From Tubiluchus corallicola (Eukaryota > Animalia > Priapulida), in contig JAQGDQ010000268.1 in NCBI GenBank assembly GCA_030141605.1, forward strand, positions 81,305 through 145,304: DNA of 64,000 nucleotides. The letters are read 5' to 3'. This document shows, piece by piece, positions 39,701-50,300 of this stretch (its first letter is position 1; each line of letters starts with the position of its first letter). The notes beneath the pieces are model-generated. The model was given only the letters and a program-made list of their open reading frames with translations. It had not been told where the DNA came from and did not search any database. The position numbers were made by a program, and so were the translations under genes.

Positions 39701-40913
39701 TTTGCCAGTGACTGAAGGTACCTGTTCACGTTCTTCTTAAATCATGCGAGGAATCTAGTGAATAATGAAAGAAACATATTTCCATAGATAATAGATCCCG
39801 AGAAAAGAAAGCTAAGTTTATTCAGTTAAGAAAATTATGTTAAAATAGAAGCTAAATGAGTACTACATTCAAAATGGCATTTGAGAACAAAGTAGTGATA
39901 ATGATCGAGGCTTATATTATTTTTGTTGTTTATAACTTTTATTTGTTTACTTTCAGACTGTATTTGCATTAAGTGCATATTCGTACAGTGAACTGAAGTA
40001 TGACCGGCCACCGCCCTTTGGTGAATACTTTTACCCTCAGTGGGCAATAGCTGTGGGGTGGATTTTAGCTGCATCATCTATTGTCTGGGTACCAATTGTG
40101 TTTTTCTGGAAACTTCTTTTTACAGAAAGTGGCGATTTCGCAAAGGTTCGCATAGTTTCACAAGTTACACTGATATATGCACCGCTGTATTTGAGAGTTT
40201 GAGAGCTGCTGATAGAGCTTGAAAGAGGGTCATGTCTTGGGTGGCATTCATATGTAAAAGTGCGGTAACAATTATTTGTGCATCAGCTCATTGAAATTCG
40301 AAGTGAGCTCTGTCAGCACTCCCATGTTCAGGTTTGTTTTCTTGAGCTGCTTCTTTATGGATTTGTTTCCAAATGCTGAGTCTTTCGTTTTAAAGCAACA
40401 AGAATGTTGAATTTACTGGAGCAAAAAGGAAACAGGAAGGTTTACAGGCAGTTAGAGCAACATGTTTAACTAGCCCTTTTATACACTGTACTTCATTATT
40501 TCATTACTACTACTTTATTTCATTACTTCTGTGTTTCACTGCTTTGCTAGGAAGATATAATAACTATGTTGTATGTTGTACACTTATTTAGATATTTGTA
40601 TTGCTTTTAAGACTACATAGTACACTTTGTGATTTTATGTAAACTACATCCTTAAAAAATAAACTGCTCTTTATCTATTTGTCTAATATTATGTACAATA
40701 ATGTATTAAGCTCAACATACAATAGTAACTGGCTTCATATTGCAGAGATGGCGCATTCTCACTACACCACTGCTGAAGGACCGGAAGTCAAAATCCCATG
40801 ATAATATAGCGATGGTGACTAACTACGCCACTGCACCGGTTCCTGAAAAACAGCCTTATACATCTGACATGTATCCAACTTTGCCCATCGACGCTCAGAT
40901 GACTAAACTTTAG
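24581..40913 (+). CDS. SLC6 Na+/Cl- dependent transporter, GABA/taurine/creatine group (invertebrate taurine transporter / CT1-like); 13 coding exons, 1848 nt, 615 aa
   Basis: Exons 24581-24749, 27484-27615, 27802-28042, 28890-29022, 29651-29785, 31590-31693, 32949-33073, 34060-34172, 35419-35556, 36447-36546, 37245-37345, 39957-40145, 40746-40913. All are GT-AG and join in one open frame. SLC6 signatures: [30 protein letters not shown]2 cysteine pair [11 protein letters not shown] with N-glycosylation sequons, [44 protein letters not shown]. Orthology to SLC6A6 versus SLC6A8 cannot be resolved by eye. Confidence 0.96.
25961..26171 (+). mobile_element. tRNA-derived SINE in SLC6 intron
   Basis: A-box TGGCCGAGTGG, B-box-like AATTCGATTCT, AATAAA then a (TCTTG)/T tail; TSD TAGCGATTG / TAGCGATAG. 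Confidence 0.7.
27484..27615 (+). CDS. SLC6 coding exon 2 (TM2)
   Basis: tttag|[45 protein letters not shown]|gtatg. Confidence 0.95.
27802..28042 (+). CDS. SLC6 coding exon 3 (TM3, EL2)
   Basis: [23 protein letters not shown]...[15 protein letters not shown]...VTEYWT, ag/gt boundaries. Confidence 0.95.
28890..29022 (+). CDS. SLC6 coding exon 4 (TM4)
   Basis: [44 protein letters not shown]|gtaag. Confidence 0.95.
29651..29785 (+). CDS. SLC6 coding exon 5 (TM5)
   Basis: [45 protein letters not shown]|gtatg. Confidence 0.95.
29890..29960 (-). mobile_element. Degenerate tRNA-derived SINE head
   Basis: Minus strand carries GGTTCAAATCCCACCTCAGCCG (B-box and acceptor-like arm). Confidence 0.4.
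30743..31415. mobile_element. Degenerate hAT-like MITE in SLC6 intron
   Basis: Right terminus TGCCCATCTCTG, ATCCGC/ATCTGC subterminal repeats at both ends, 8-bp TSD GTGCAGAG / GTGCAGCG. Confidence 0.55.
31590..31693 (+). CDS. SLC6 coding exon 6 (TM6)
   Basis: [35 protein letters not shown]; this frame is absent from the ORF track. Confidence 0.95.
31818..32469. mobile_element. MITE with terminal and subterminal inverted repeats
   Basis: AAGCCTTTTCACAGTTTC / GAAACTATGAAAAGGCTT plus inner GGTCAAAGGTTAAGTG / CACTTAACCTTTGACC. Confidence 0.75.
32949..33073 (+). CDS. SLC6 coding exon 7 (TM7)
   Basis: [42 protein letters not shown]|gtaac. Confidence 0.95.
33535..33964. mobile_element. hAT-like MITE
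   Basis: TIR core GGGCGTATCAA / TTGATACGCCC; 8-bp TSD TGACAAGG / TGACTAGG. Confidence 0.75.
34060..34172 (+). CDS. SLC6 coding exon 8 (EL4, TM8)
   Basis: [38 protein letters not shown]|gtatg. Confidence 0.95.
34223..34779. mobile_element. hAT-like MITE
   Basis: Termini TAGTGAT..AAAT / ATTT..ATCACTA, subterminal ATCGATTCGAT repeats, TSD ATGTACAT / ATGTGCAG. Confidence 0.75.
35419..35556 (+). CDS. SLC6 coding exon 9 (TM8-TM9)
   Basis: [46 protein letters not shown]|gtac. Confidence 0.95.
35924..36020. mobile_element. 97-bp Tigger/pogo-type (Tc1/mariner) MITE
   Basis: TIR CAGTAAGTCCTCGCTTAAC / GTTAAGCAAGGACTTACTG, TA TSD on both sides. Confidence 0.85.
36447..36546 (+). CDS. SLC6 coding exon 10 (TM10)
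   Basis: [34 protein letters not shown]|gtaag. Confidence 0.95.
37245..37345 (+). CDS. SLC6 coding exon 11 (TM11)
   Basis: [34 protein letters not shown]|gtaag. Confidence 0.93.
37869..37932. repeat. Short tandem repeat, three copies of CATCCTGTAA(T/A)GTGCTT
   Basis: Directly visible. Confidence 0.85.
39957..40145 (+). CDS. SLC6 coding exon 12 (TM12)
   Basis: [63 protein letters not shown]|gttcg. Confidence 0.93.
40746..40913 (+). CDS. SLC6 last coding exon (C-terminal tail)
   Basis: ttgcag|[16 protein letters not shown]...PIDAQMTKL*; in frame with exon 12. Confidence 0.88.
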   Translation, partial: RWRILTTPLLKDRKSKSHDNIAMVTNYATAPVPEKQPYTSDMYPTLPIDAQMTKL

Positions 40914-42057
40914 CATACTGTACTCTCAGAAAATTGGTTTGTAAATTTGTGCACTTTTTTAAATTGTGTAACTCAAAAGAAGCCAGAAAATCAGTATTCA
41001 ACTGAGGTAAAGCATGTATGTGAAAAAATATGCTAGAACAAAGCAATTCCGTTTATTAAGGACGCAGTTCCATTTATTCAGTCGATAACCGGGCGATTTA
41101 GAGCGATTCAAGGTGATTTGGAGCACACTAGCTACATTTAATTTTATAATAATTTTAGGAAATGACGACACCAGTGTGTAAACAGTACTGGTAATAGCAT
41201 AATGTAGATGATACGGTGACATGTATTGGTTAAAAAGATGGAGAATTATAAGCTGGTGGCCCTTTAAAAGAGAAATTTATTAAAATAGCGAACCTGTACT
41301 GAGAGGGCAAATTTTATTACATAATAATTATTTTTGTAATAATCAAGACTTGTGAAATTCGAAAATGATTTTTAGTTGCAGTTTGGTTCAGTTTAATTTT
41401 TTGTGCATTCTGTATAGAATTGAAAAATAATACCAGTTCGAAATTGCAAAGCTACAATAACAAAACAAAGTGAAAATTTAACCCTTACATCATAAAAAAA
41501 CGACAAAGGAACACAATAATTGAAATTTTAAATTACTATAAAATTATTATACTACTGAGTAATTTAGGTGAGTATCAGCGAATCAGTTGAATGAGTTGAT
41601 AGGATACAGGTACTGAGATAGAGTAAGGTAATTTGTCTGTTTCAGTTTTTTTTTGTTTCTTACAACCTTCACACTTTATAGCTGCACAGTGGCTTCGATT
41701 ACGAGATTGCTGTAATTGAATGCGACCGAAGAGGCATCACCCTAGATTGGCTGATCATTCAATGATGGCTTTACTGCCTCATGAAGCATAGCTGGTGTCA
41801 ATGACTTTGGAACCTGACCAGTTGCCATCACTAATCTTTTTCATGCGTTTCTATGTATATGTACGCAATTACACGTGAGGAAGTGAGGTTAAGTAGCTGT
41901 AGCTAACAGCTAACTTTCGGCGGCTTTTCTTTAAATCCTACATTTCTGCTTATAATGCATTTAGCAAATGAAGGCATCGGAACTAAAAAGTACTGCAGTT
42001 TGATGTAGGATTATAAAAAAAATAGATCTCATGATAACAAGTTTGTAAGATGATGAG

Positions 42058-42436
42058 CAGGGGTGAGCATTTTCTACCAGAAAGTGAATACAAATCGAAT
42101 AGAATTTGCGACTTTCGAATTCGAATCAAACTGAATTTCAGTGTTTCGAATTTGAAAGTTTTTGGAACACGTTTTCGAACCAGTAGTAAAAAGTGGTCTT
42201 ACAAAGATCATACATATTACTTGATTATTTTGTTCTGCTATAAAGCCACTATTAGTTTGTTAAAAATTTTGCACAGAAACTGCAGCAAAATTGTGCTAAT
42301 TGCATGCCGTTTCAAGCATTTTAACGTATGTTTCAAGAATGTACGTGGCTGAAGTGCTGAATTATTCGAACTTATAATTTTAGGTTCGAATCGGATTCGA
42401 ACTAAATAAAACTCGAACGTTCGATGCTCACCCTTA
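42058..42436. mobile_element. hAT-like MITE
   Basis: TIR CAGGGGTGAGCAT / ATGCTCACCCTTA, TTCGAA subterminal repeats, TSD ATGATGAG / ATGATGAT. Confidence 0.8.
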
Positions 42437-45222
42437 ATGATGATTGATGCAGCCCTGTCTTTATTATCGACAATCACATGTATCCAACGAAATCTATTTC
42501 AGTGCATATTACTTTAACAACAAAATAAACATTCTGCTTTTAATAGCCAAAAATTGTGGCAACTATTTAAAATGCAATATGGTACATTTATCAGGGACGT
42601 ATATACTAAAAGACTAACTAGACTGAATGTAGCCTAAGATGCCAAATTCTGAGGGCACCATATTTTAGGGACCCAGTGCTAGAAAAGTTATATTTTCCTC
42701 GGAAAGTGCATATCTCTTCATATTCATACAAAATATGTATTTTGTAACACATACCAAGCAGTTGCTGGGCAAATTTATATAAGTGCCATTATAACGAACA
42801 AGTATAATTATTTCGTAAAAGGTACTTCACCACAAGCAGTTGCCTAACTTGCTTATATAAATATATAAGCTATGTTAGTGTAAGTTATTAACAGAAATCA
42901 CTTAAATAGTAAGTATTAGGTAGCAGTTCGTTTACTACATCACAAATAATTGTGTATATAGCACTTCATATATAAACAACAAATCCATAATAAAGGTGGA
43001 CACAAACCGCGGGACTGAACTGAATATTAGTGTCGTAATGTCTTGACCACGCCTCAGGGGTCTGTGCTTCTGTGCCCTGTTTGATAACAAATTATTAATG
43101 ATTTAAGTTGGAGTTATTCCTCATTTCTAAGAAAATTACGTTTGTAAAGTGAATAACTTTTTTAAAAATATTTCTTCATATTTGTTTGAGATTGTATTAA
43201 TCATTTGCCATTTTTGTTTAAGGTTTTTCTAGCATACCTAAAAGACCTGAAGCTCTATGTTAACTAGAGGCTGGCTCTTGTTTATATGTAGTTTTTCCAT
43301 ATGATTGTAGTCTTTGAGCAGTTGTATAGATAAGTAAGTTTTATAATGTAGTTAGTTGTTAGCTGTAGCATACTGAAAATGAGAGACTGCAAAGCCTTTC
43401 ATATCAATCATATGTCATTTAATTTGCTTGGTTAGTCTTGGTGGGTGTCATTTCGTTAGACTGTTTGTCGACAGCTGATATATGGAAGGTATAATCAGCA
43501 TATCAGCGTATGTTCTTGTTAATGATCTTGTTTAGTATTTGTGATGAAAACATGTATCAACTATATGCAATTCGTGTGTTTGTTTGTATTATAATGAGTC
43601 AGTATCCTATCTAAACATTCTTGAGATAAATTAGTTTTCAAGACAAGATTTAATCAAGAATCATTTGAATGTGTTATATGTTGCATTCTTGTTATTACAT
43701 TTTATTTGGATTTAACCTTCTATTTTTTGTGCAGACTAATAACAAAGGTAAAAAATTGAGCATATTGTATTACATGTTTACCTTCTTGCCACGATGTTTG
43801 ATAGTTGAAATTACATTAATTTAAACTCTACAAGGACGGAAGTAATGATTATGAATTTAATAAAACATGGGAATACCTTTGATAATTAGATTTATGCTTA
43901 TACAAACTTCTCTGCAAACTGGTTTTAGTTCTATAATCATATGAGTATGTTAGTTTCATGTTTTTATTTGTAGTGTATTTGAAATCACAAAAAATTGTTT
44001 TCCAGTGTTGTTAGAAAATCTGTTAGATAATCATTGATTTATTGCTTTAATTCATCTAAATGCTTGTTATAATAAGTATAATTATGATCATGATTGTGAC
44101 AGATAGTTGTGAAAAGATTTCCGTGTCTAGATAGCGAACTATATCCGTATTTAGATAGTGGAAAACAATCGACAAGTTATGAATGTTACTACTTGTACCT
44201 GTGAATGTTGGTCACTACTTACACCTGTGTAACGTAATGAATTAAGTGCCAAATCAGTGGAAAACGTCCGACTCTTGTTCATGACACTCATTAGTGCTCA
44301 CAGCAAATATAGAACTTGCAAGGATATATCAGGTAGCACAAAAAATGTGTTGAGTTTTGATAACGATATTAGAAGAAGACAATAACAGAATAGCTTGAAA
44401 ATTACCACACTGATGTTATGGACACTTGTGTATAAACACTGAAAATTTTATAAACACTTTAAATTTTTCCAACCACACAGAAGGTTTAAAATAAGTTAAA
44501 AATAAATTCCATAAAAACTGTCACTTTTGGTAAAATTTATGACATGTGCTCTATGTGTCCACCATTTTCAATGCAAACTAGACAAAGACGTACTTGTCCA
44601 ACAGCTGACACCGTTTTTTACTTCTTTAATGGGTGTTTGGCTCAACAATTTTAGTTCCTCTGCATCACACGACTCTGTGTCGCTGCTGTACACTTTCTCT
44701 TTTAAGAGAATTCCATTCACTCCAGCAGATTAAGTCCATTTTTTCTTGATAATTTTTGTCTGTGCTTTATTTTCTGTAGTGAAGACCATGGTGTAAACTA
44801 GGCGATTTCTTCATTGTTTTGGAATAAATGCTTTATAAGTAAACCTGGCTGTTATCAGGCTTTGAAATCTCAACTTTGTAGTCTAATATTGTTGGTTCTA
44901 ATATTATTGTAGTCTAACGTTTGGCACATTTTTTCTGCGCTACTTGATATATGAAACACAAGGTCACCACGGTCATTATTTGTCAGACATTGACGATTTA
45001 AAAAGCAGAATTAGTGTATTTCACTATACAGATGGTAGATTTTGTTACTCGGAATTTTTACTTTTTGATAGTGATATAAATTTTATACAAAACTGCTTGC
45101 CAAGATATTATGATTAGATCTTTACAAAATAAAAATGTGCAATATGAGCGTAGAACACTTTTCTAGCATCTTCCCACACCTGCTTCTTAGTGGAATGTCG
45201 CTAATGACTTTGCTAACATAGC

Positions 45223-45272
45223 CTCCTCTGTTGAATATAAATTTCTACTCCTCTGTTGAATATAAATTTCTA
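45223..45272. repeat. Perfect 25-bp tandem duplication
   Basis: CTCCTCTGTTGAATATAAATTTCTA x2. Confidence 0.9.
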
Positions 45273-45397
45273 TAATTCGTTGTGAAGAATGTTTAGTAAA
45301 AACAGCCACAACTTCTCTTTTGGACTGATCTATAAAAAAGGCAAGGAAAAATGAGACTGCTGTACATTAAATTAGTTTTTGTAAGAAATTAGATTTC

Positions 45398-45403
45398 ATT
45401 TAT
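45398..45403 (-). terminator. Candidate polyadenylation signal of the CDYL-like gene (about 1.8 kb 3' UTR)
   Basis: TTTATT on + (AATAAA on -) at the end of a block 45400-47160 that is T/G-rich on the minus strand. Confidence 0.3.
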
Positions 45404-47160
45404 TGTGAACAGGTAACCGTCAACGTGAATTGTTGCATAACAGGTATGCAACAAGCAACATATTAATACAACTGCATTAGTTTTGCATTTCATTTAGTTA
45501 GCATTGATAATGTGCATTCATTAGCATTTATAATGAAAATAAAGTAACAGCCTCAAAATTAAATCCTCTTTCTTTTGAAATCTCACTGGATTGGCATGAT
45601 TTAGTGCAACTAACTATCAGTCTAGCACAATACATTGCACAGTAATTGCCACACCTACAAACTAATGCTAATTGTCCTATAAGCGGCAAATAAAGAAGGT
45701 GTATTGCAAAACACACTGAAAGCTAAAAATCCTGCTAATTTTACAAATGTCATAAAAAAAGTTACACAAAATAGGCAAAAGCCTACAAGGATGATCAAAC
45801 CTGAGAAGTTTTTTCTCCAATTCTGATTCAGTGCATATCTGATAAGCAGTGTAGGTGTGTATTACAACGTATGATAGGTATTATTCACATTCCAAAAATA
45901 TTAGTAGGCCTAGTACTACTACCACAGCAACAGTACACATCGAGTGGTTATTACTGTACAGTAAATGATTACAATGTACCTCTGTACTGCCACATGAATC
46001 GGTTACCACGACAGTCGAATAGCAGCACTTTTGCAAGCAATATCCATCTCGTTTAATATCAATTAGAATTCCGTGTTTCGTACTTTAGAAAACTTCAGCA
46101 TAATTACATGTTATACACATATGTTACCAAGATTCCAAGGGATAAATACAATATTGCTACAATGTATAACAATTCTATACTGGTAGCCGAGCAGTGACAA
46201 TGCTAAGAAAATTGCTGAAATATGTACAGTGTCACATGAAATTTACAAGGGTTAGATAACTACGACCAACGCTGATCGAAAATCGAATTATGTCAACCAG
46301 AGACGTTTCAGTGCAGTACATGAGATATAATCTGACATCACATCACATTGCATAAATATAAATTAGTATTTTTTCAATTTTCTTACATCTCCAAAGTTTC
46401 ATTTTTGGGCATTATTGGACGCAACCTAACCGTTGAATCTAACGTATGGTGGCAGTATGACTATTTTTGAATGATTACACATAATTTTACCCGAATCAGA
46501 AAAATATGAACATATCTTGACCATCTAGCAATAACCAATCTTACAAATGACACAGACCATCCATAATTAATAGCTTATTGAAAAACTTCAATCAACAATA
46601 ACAACACGAGCTTAGAACCAGTGTTGTTGCTTGGTCATTAAGATAAAGAAAAATTTAAGCTCTTATCGATATTATACAAGTACCAGTTAACAAGTGAATG
46701 AATACATCTTTATGAAAAAGACTATAAAAATAATTCTAGCATCATTAGCTATTGTAACAGTTAAAAATGAACACATCATAATTAAAGTGAAAACTCAAGC
46801 GGTCAATACGCTGCCCTGTAATTCGTATTAAAATATTTCTACTAATAATTGTGTAAAGCAAATCAAATCATAATTTGAAAAAAAATGATATTAGCATAAT
46901 AATAGATGGCGAAGTCATTTATGCTATAATAGACACTGATAATGTGTATTATACAAATGCATAGCCATATTGATCGTCATCCACAATGCTAAAATACAAT
47001 AAATACATGAGTTAAAAAATGTAATCAAAAGGTAGAAGTCTGCAGTTAAAAACTAAACTATACCAATGTCGCAAGTGTATTTACAAAAATGCTTGCAACA
47101 AGCTTAAAACATTCTACCGATTTAGAATAACTTAGTATGTGTATATAATACAGTGAGCTG

Positions 47161-47331
47161 TTATGTCAGTAGGTGATGCTGAACATGTTGTTCAGATAAA
47201 TAAGTGCGTATGTTCGTAAGAAATTCAGGAGTAGGCCAGTATTGTCTAAGCATAGTGAATTCATCCTCCATTATATCTTCAATAAGAAGTCGCATATCTG
47301 CACGTAGTAACATTTTTGTCGACTCCAGAGC
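47161..47331 (-). CDS. CDYL: CDYL-like last coding exon
   Basis: ALESTKMLLRADMRLLIEDIMEDEFTMLRQYWPTPEFLTNIRTYLSEQHVQHHLLT*. Confidence 0.9.
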   Translation of the reverse strand, partial: ALESTKMLLRADMRLLIEDIMEDEFTMLRQYWPTPEFLTNIRTYLSEQHVQHHLLT

Positions 47332-50300
47332 CTTAAGTTAAACAAAATCAACAGTTAACATAGAAAAATATATCTTTTGGACTTTAATTTTTCATATTTT
47401 TATGAAACTTCCTGACCAAAATGCAACAAATGATAAAAAAATGTAGGAATGGAACACACAATATAACTTAGCAACAAAAAGATATTAGGTGTAGACAGTA
47501 TCTTTATTTAAACAGGAAATTGGCTGTTAAAACAGCAGGCTTTACAAACTGGTAATCAGTGTCATTTGCAAATCTGAGTTTGACAGCTAATACTGACAGT
47601 AGGGTAGCAAGTCTCGTTTAACATGGAAAATCTTTTACAGAATTTGAAATCCAGCAATATACAAAATATTACGAATGTCAGCTACATTCACATCTGCTAT
47701 GCAAATTTAAGCACCACTGACACCACTTTCACTTGACATACAAATTATCAAAAGTGGTGCTCATATTTACAACAGCAGCAATGCAGTTACTGCACCACTG
47801 GTTTCATACTTACTGAAGGTGGTGCCGATGCCATGTGCTTGACTAGAGGAACAACTTGGTGCATAAAGTTATTAGCAAGAAACACCTGCGACACGAGACC
47901 GTGCTGACATGCTTCTGTCGCGGTCAATCGACGACCGACCATCAACATTTCGTTGGTCTGAAAATGTTTAAATCACACATAAAGATGTGTTCTACTAGAC
48001 GATACAACGAGGGTGAATCACCGAGACATCCAGGAATGTTTGTTTATAAATAAAGTGCTTCCTTCCCGCTTCTTCTCCGTTTACCTTTCTCTCTTGCTCT
48101 CTCTCTCATCTCTTTTATCTCTCTTTTTTACCTCTACCTTTCTCCCTCCCCCCTTTCTCTTAATCCCCTTTCTCTCCTACCCATAGCCTCTTTCCATTCT
48201 CTCCCTTTCTTGGCTCTGTCTCTTCCTATCCATCATATCAATCATTTTTCTTATTTCTTACAAGCAATTGGATCATTTTGGATTAGGTGTGTGGTTACAA
48301 ATAGTGTTGCTTTTCACGAGCAATAAGATGCAGTAGGCTGACTAATAGTGCTAACACTTGTAACAGAGCAGCTTCAGTCCTTTCATTGTCATTTCCATGC
48401 AGTCCACACAATGAAGTTTTTCTCACGAAAGGCACAACATTTACTCACAGAACGAAGCAGAAACTTACCAAAGCATAACCAAGCAGCGAAGGAAATGTGT
48501 ACGAAGCAAATGCCTCAGTTGTCTGACCAAGTTGTCCATACGGCATGCTAAAGGTAGCCTTATCACTGGCATAAACTACATCACATAGTGGTAGAATAGC
48601 AGCACCAAGGCCTACAGCTGCACCATTTACAGCAAGCACTACTGGCTTAGAAAACGACACAAGAGCCTGTAGAAATTGCCTGAAAATTACGCAAACATTG
48701 TTAATCACTAATATTCAGTAACAAGTGAATAATATCATTTCATATTAATACAAATAACGTCTTTTCATATTACAGTAGGCGCCGCTTAATAGACTCACTG
48801 TTAACAGACTCAGTCAAGTTCCAGGACTCAAAAAAGCTTGGAACGGGGTCGCTTCTATTCAAATATACATAAAAACAATCGGTAATTGACTCAAATAACT
48901 CTGCATAATTGACTCAATATTTTTCCTTCGCCTACTTAAAATAAGATATTTGTATGTGCCAAAAGAGCCTTTCCTACTTTTATGTCATCTTTACTTCCCT
49001 TTTGTGCACTATGTAAGCAGAAACAATCACGTTAAGTACCGTTTTGTTTGTAAGCAGGTACGTTTATCATGCGCTAATACGCTAGTGTAGCGGTTTTTGC
49101 TTTGAATCTGTTACCGGCTGGTCCACTGTTACCCAAAGAATTTTTGAAAGCTAAACATTTAATCACCTGCCTAGCGTCCTTTTGATGCTCTCGTTGCAAA
49201 TCACGCTTAATCAGTTAATGGTCACAGATGCAGTTAGAGTAATCAGCCTGCATTCCTTGTGACTTACAAGAGTAAACACCATACAGCAAATAAGAGCATT
49301 GAGTTAAGAAGTTTGAAAAATGGAGCAATGTAAGTGAACAGATGATTCAGAACTGTTTTAGTCATGCACAGCAACAGATTTTCAACGTTTTTATAAACAT
49401 GAGAACTTTGTGAGCAACTTCTTCGTGAGAAAATGAAGCAGCCGAGTCTGAAGGAATTTTTGTAATTTTTACAAATAAACAGACTTGTGTGATTTAGAAA
49501 AGTATACTTTTTAATTTATTGCTAATTCACTTATATAAATTAATATTTTAAAATATTTTTTCTAATTTTTAACTGCACAAAGGAATTTAGGCATTATTTC
49601 GTTTCTAAAATTCATTAAAAATCTTTGCAGTGCATAGTAAGCTGATGACTCATACTTCTATACCAGTAATACTACACTCATCGGTTAACAGGTGCAGTCG
49701 GTTAATTGGGTTAAAACACTTCAGTCCCAAAGTGAGTCTATTATGCGGCGCCTACTGTATCAGAATTTAGAATTTAATTAATTATTACTGTAATTATTAC
49801 TTAGAATTTAATTTTCAATTTCGGTCATGTTTATACTCCTTTTCTATAGTGCAACATTCCTCATGCTGTAATTAAGCACTCGGTGGTAGAGCTTATTTAA
49901 CCTGAATGGTTGTGGCAAGACCAGAATCTAAAATCAGACACTGAACCAGCAGGGGTATCTCTGCGACATTTGGGCGAGAATACCTTCTTACCTCAACAAG
50001 GCAAGTGGTCAGAATCAGCAGGATGAATGAGAATGCTCATAATGAGTATTGAATCTGGCGGTCACCTAGGTTATTCGCTAATAAGCTTTCTGTTGTTTAA
50101 CTTCAGTCAAAAGGCACAGGCATCGTAACACTCACTAGTTAATACACTACAGGGTGATGTAATTATTTTGACATGTGTAATTATGTTGCAGCCACAAAGC
50201 AGCTGCTGTTACATGCAGTTAACCATCATTACCGTAGAGCTTCAAGCATTCTCTCTGTAGTGTCAATGTACTTCTTGTTAAGAAAGTAATGCAAGTCTAG

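Noticed and set aside
44600-44790. Minus-strand MVFTTENKAQTK...KKWT resembling a Tc1 transposase N-terminus
   Set aside because: Too short and degenerate, contains stops, and no TIRs were found
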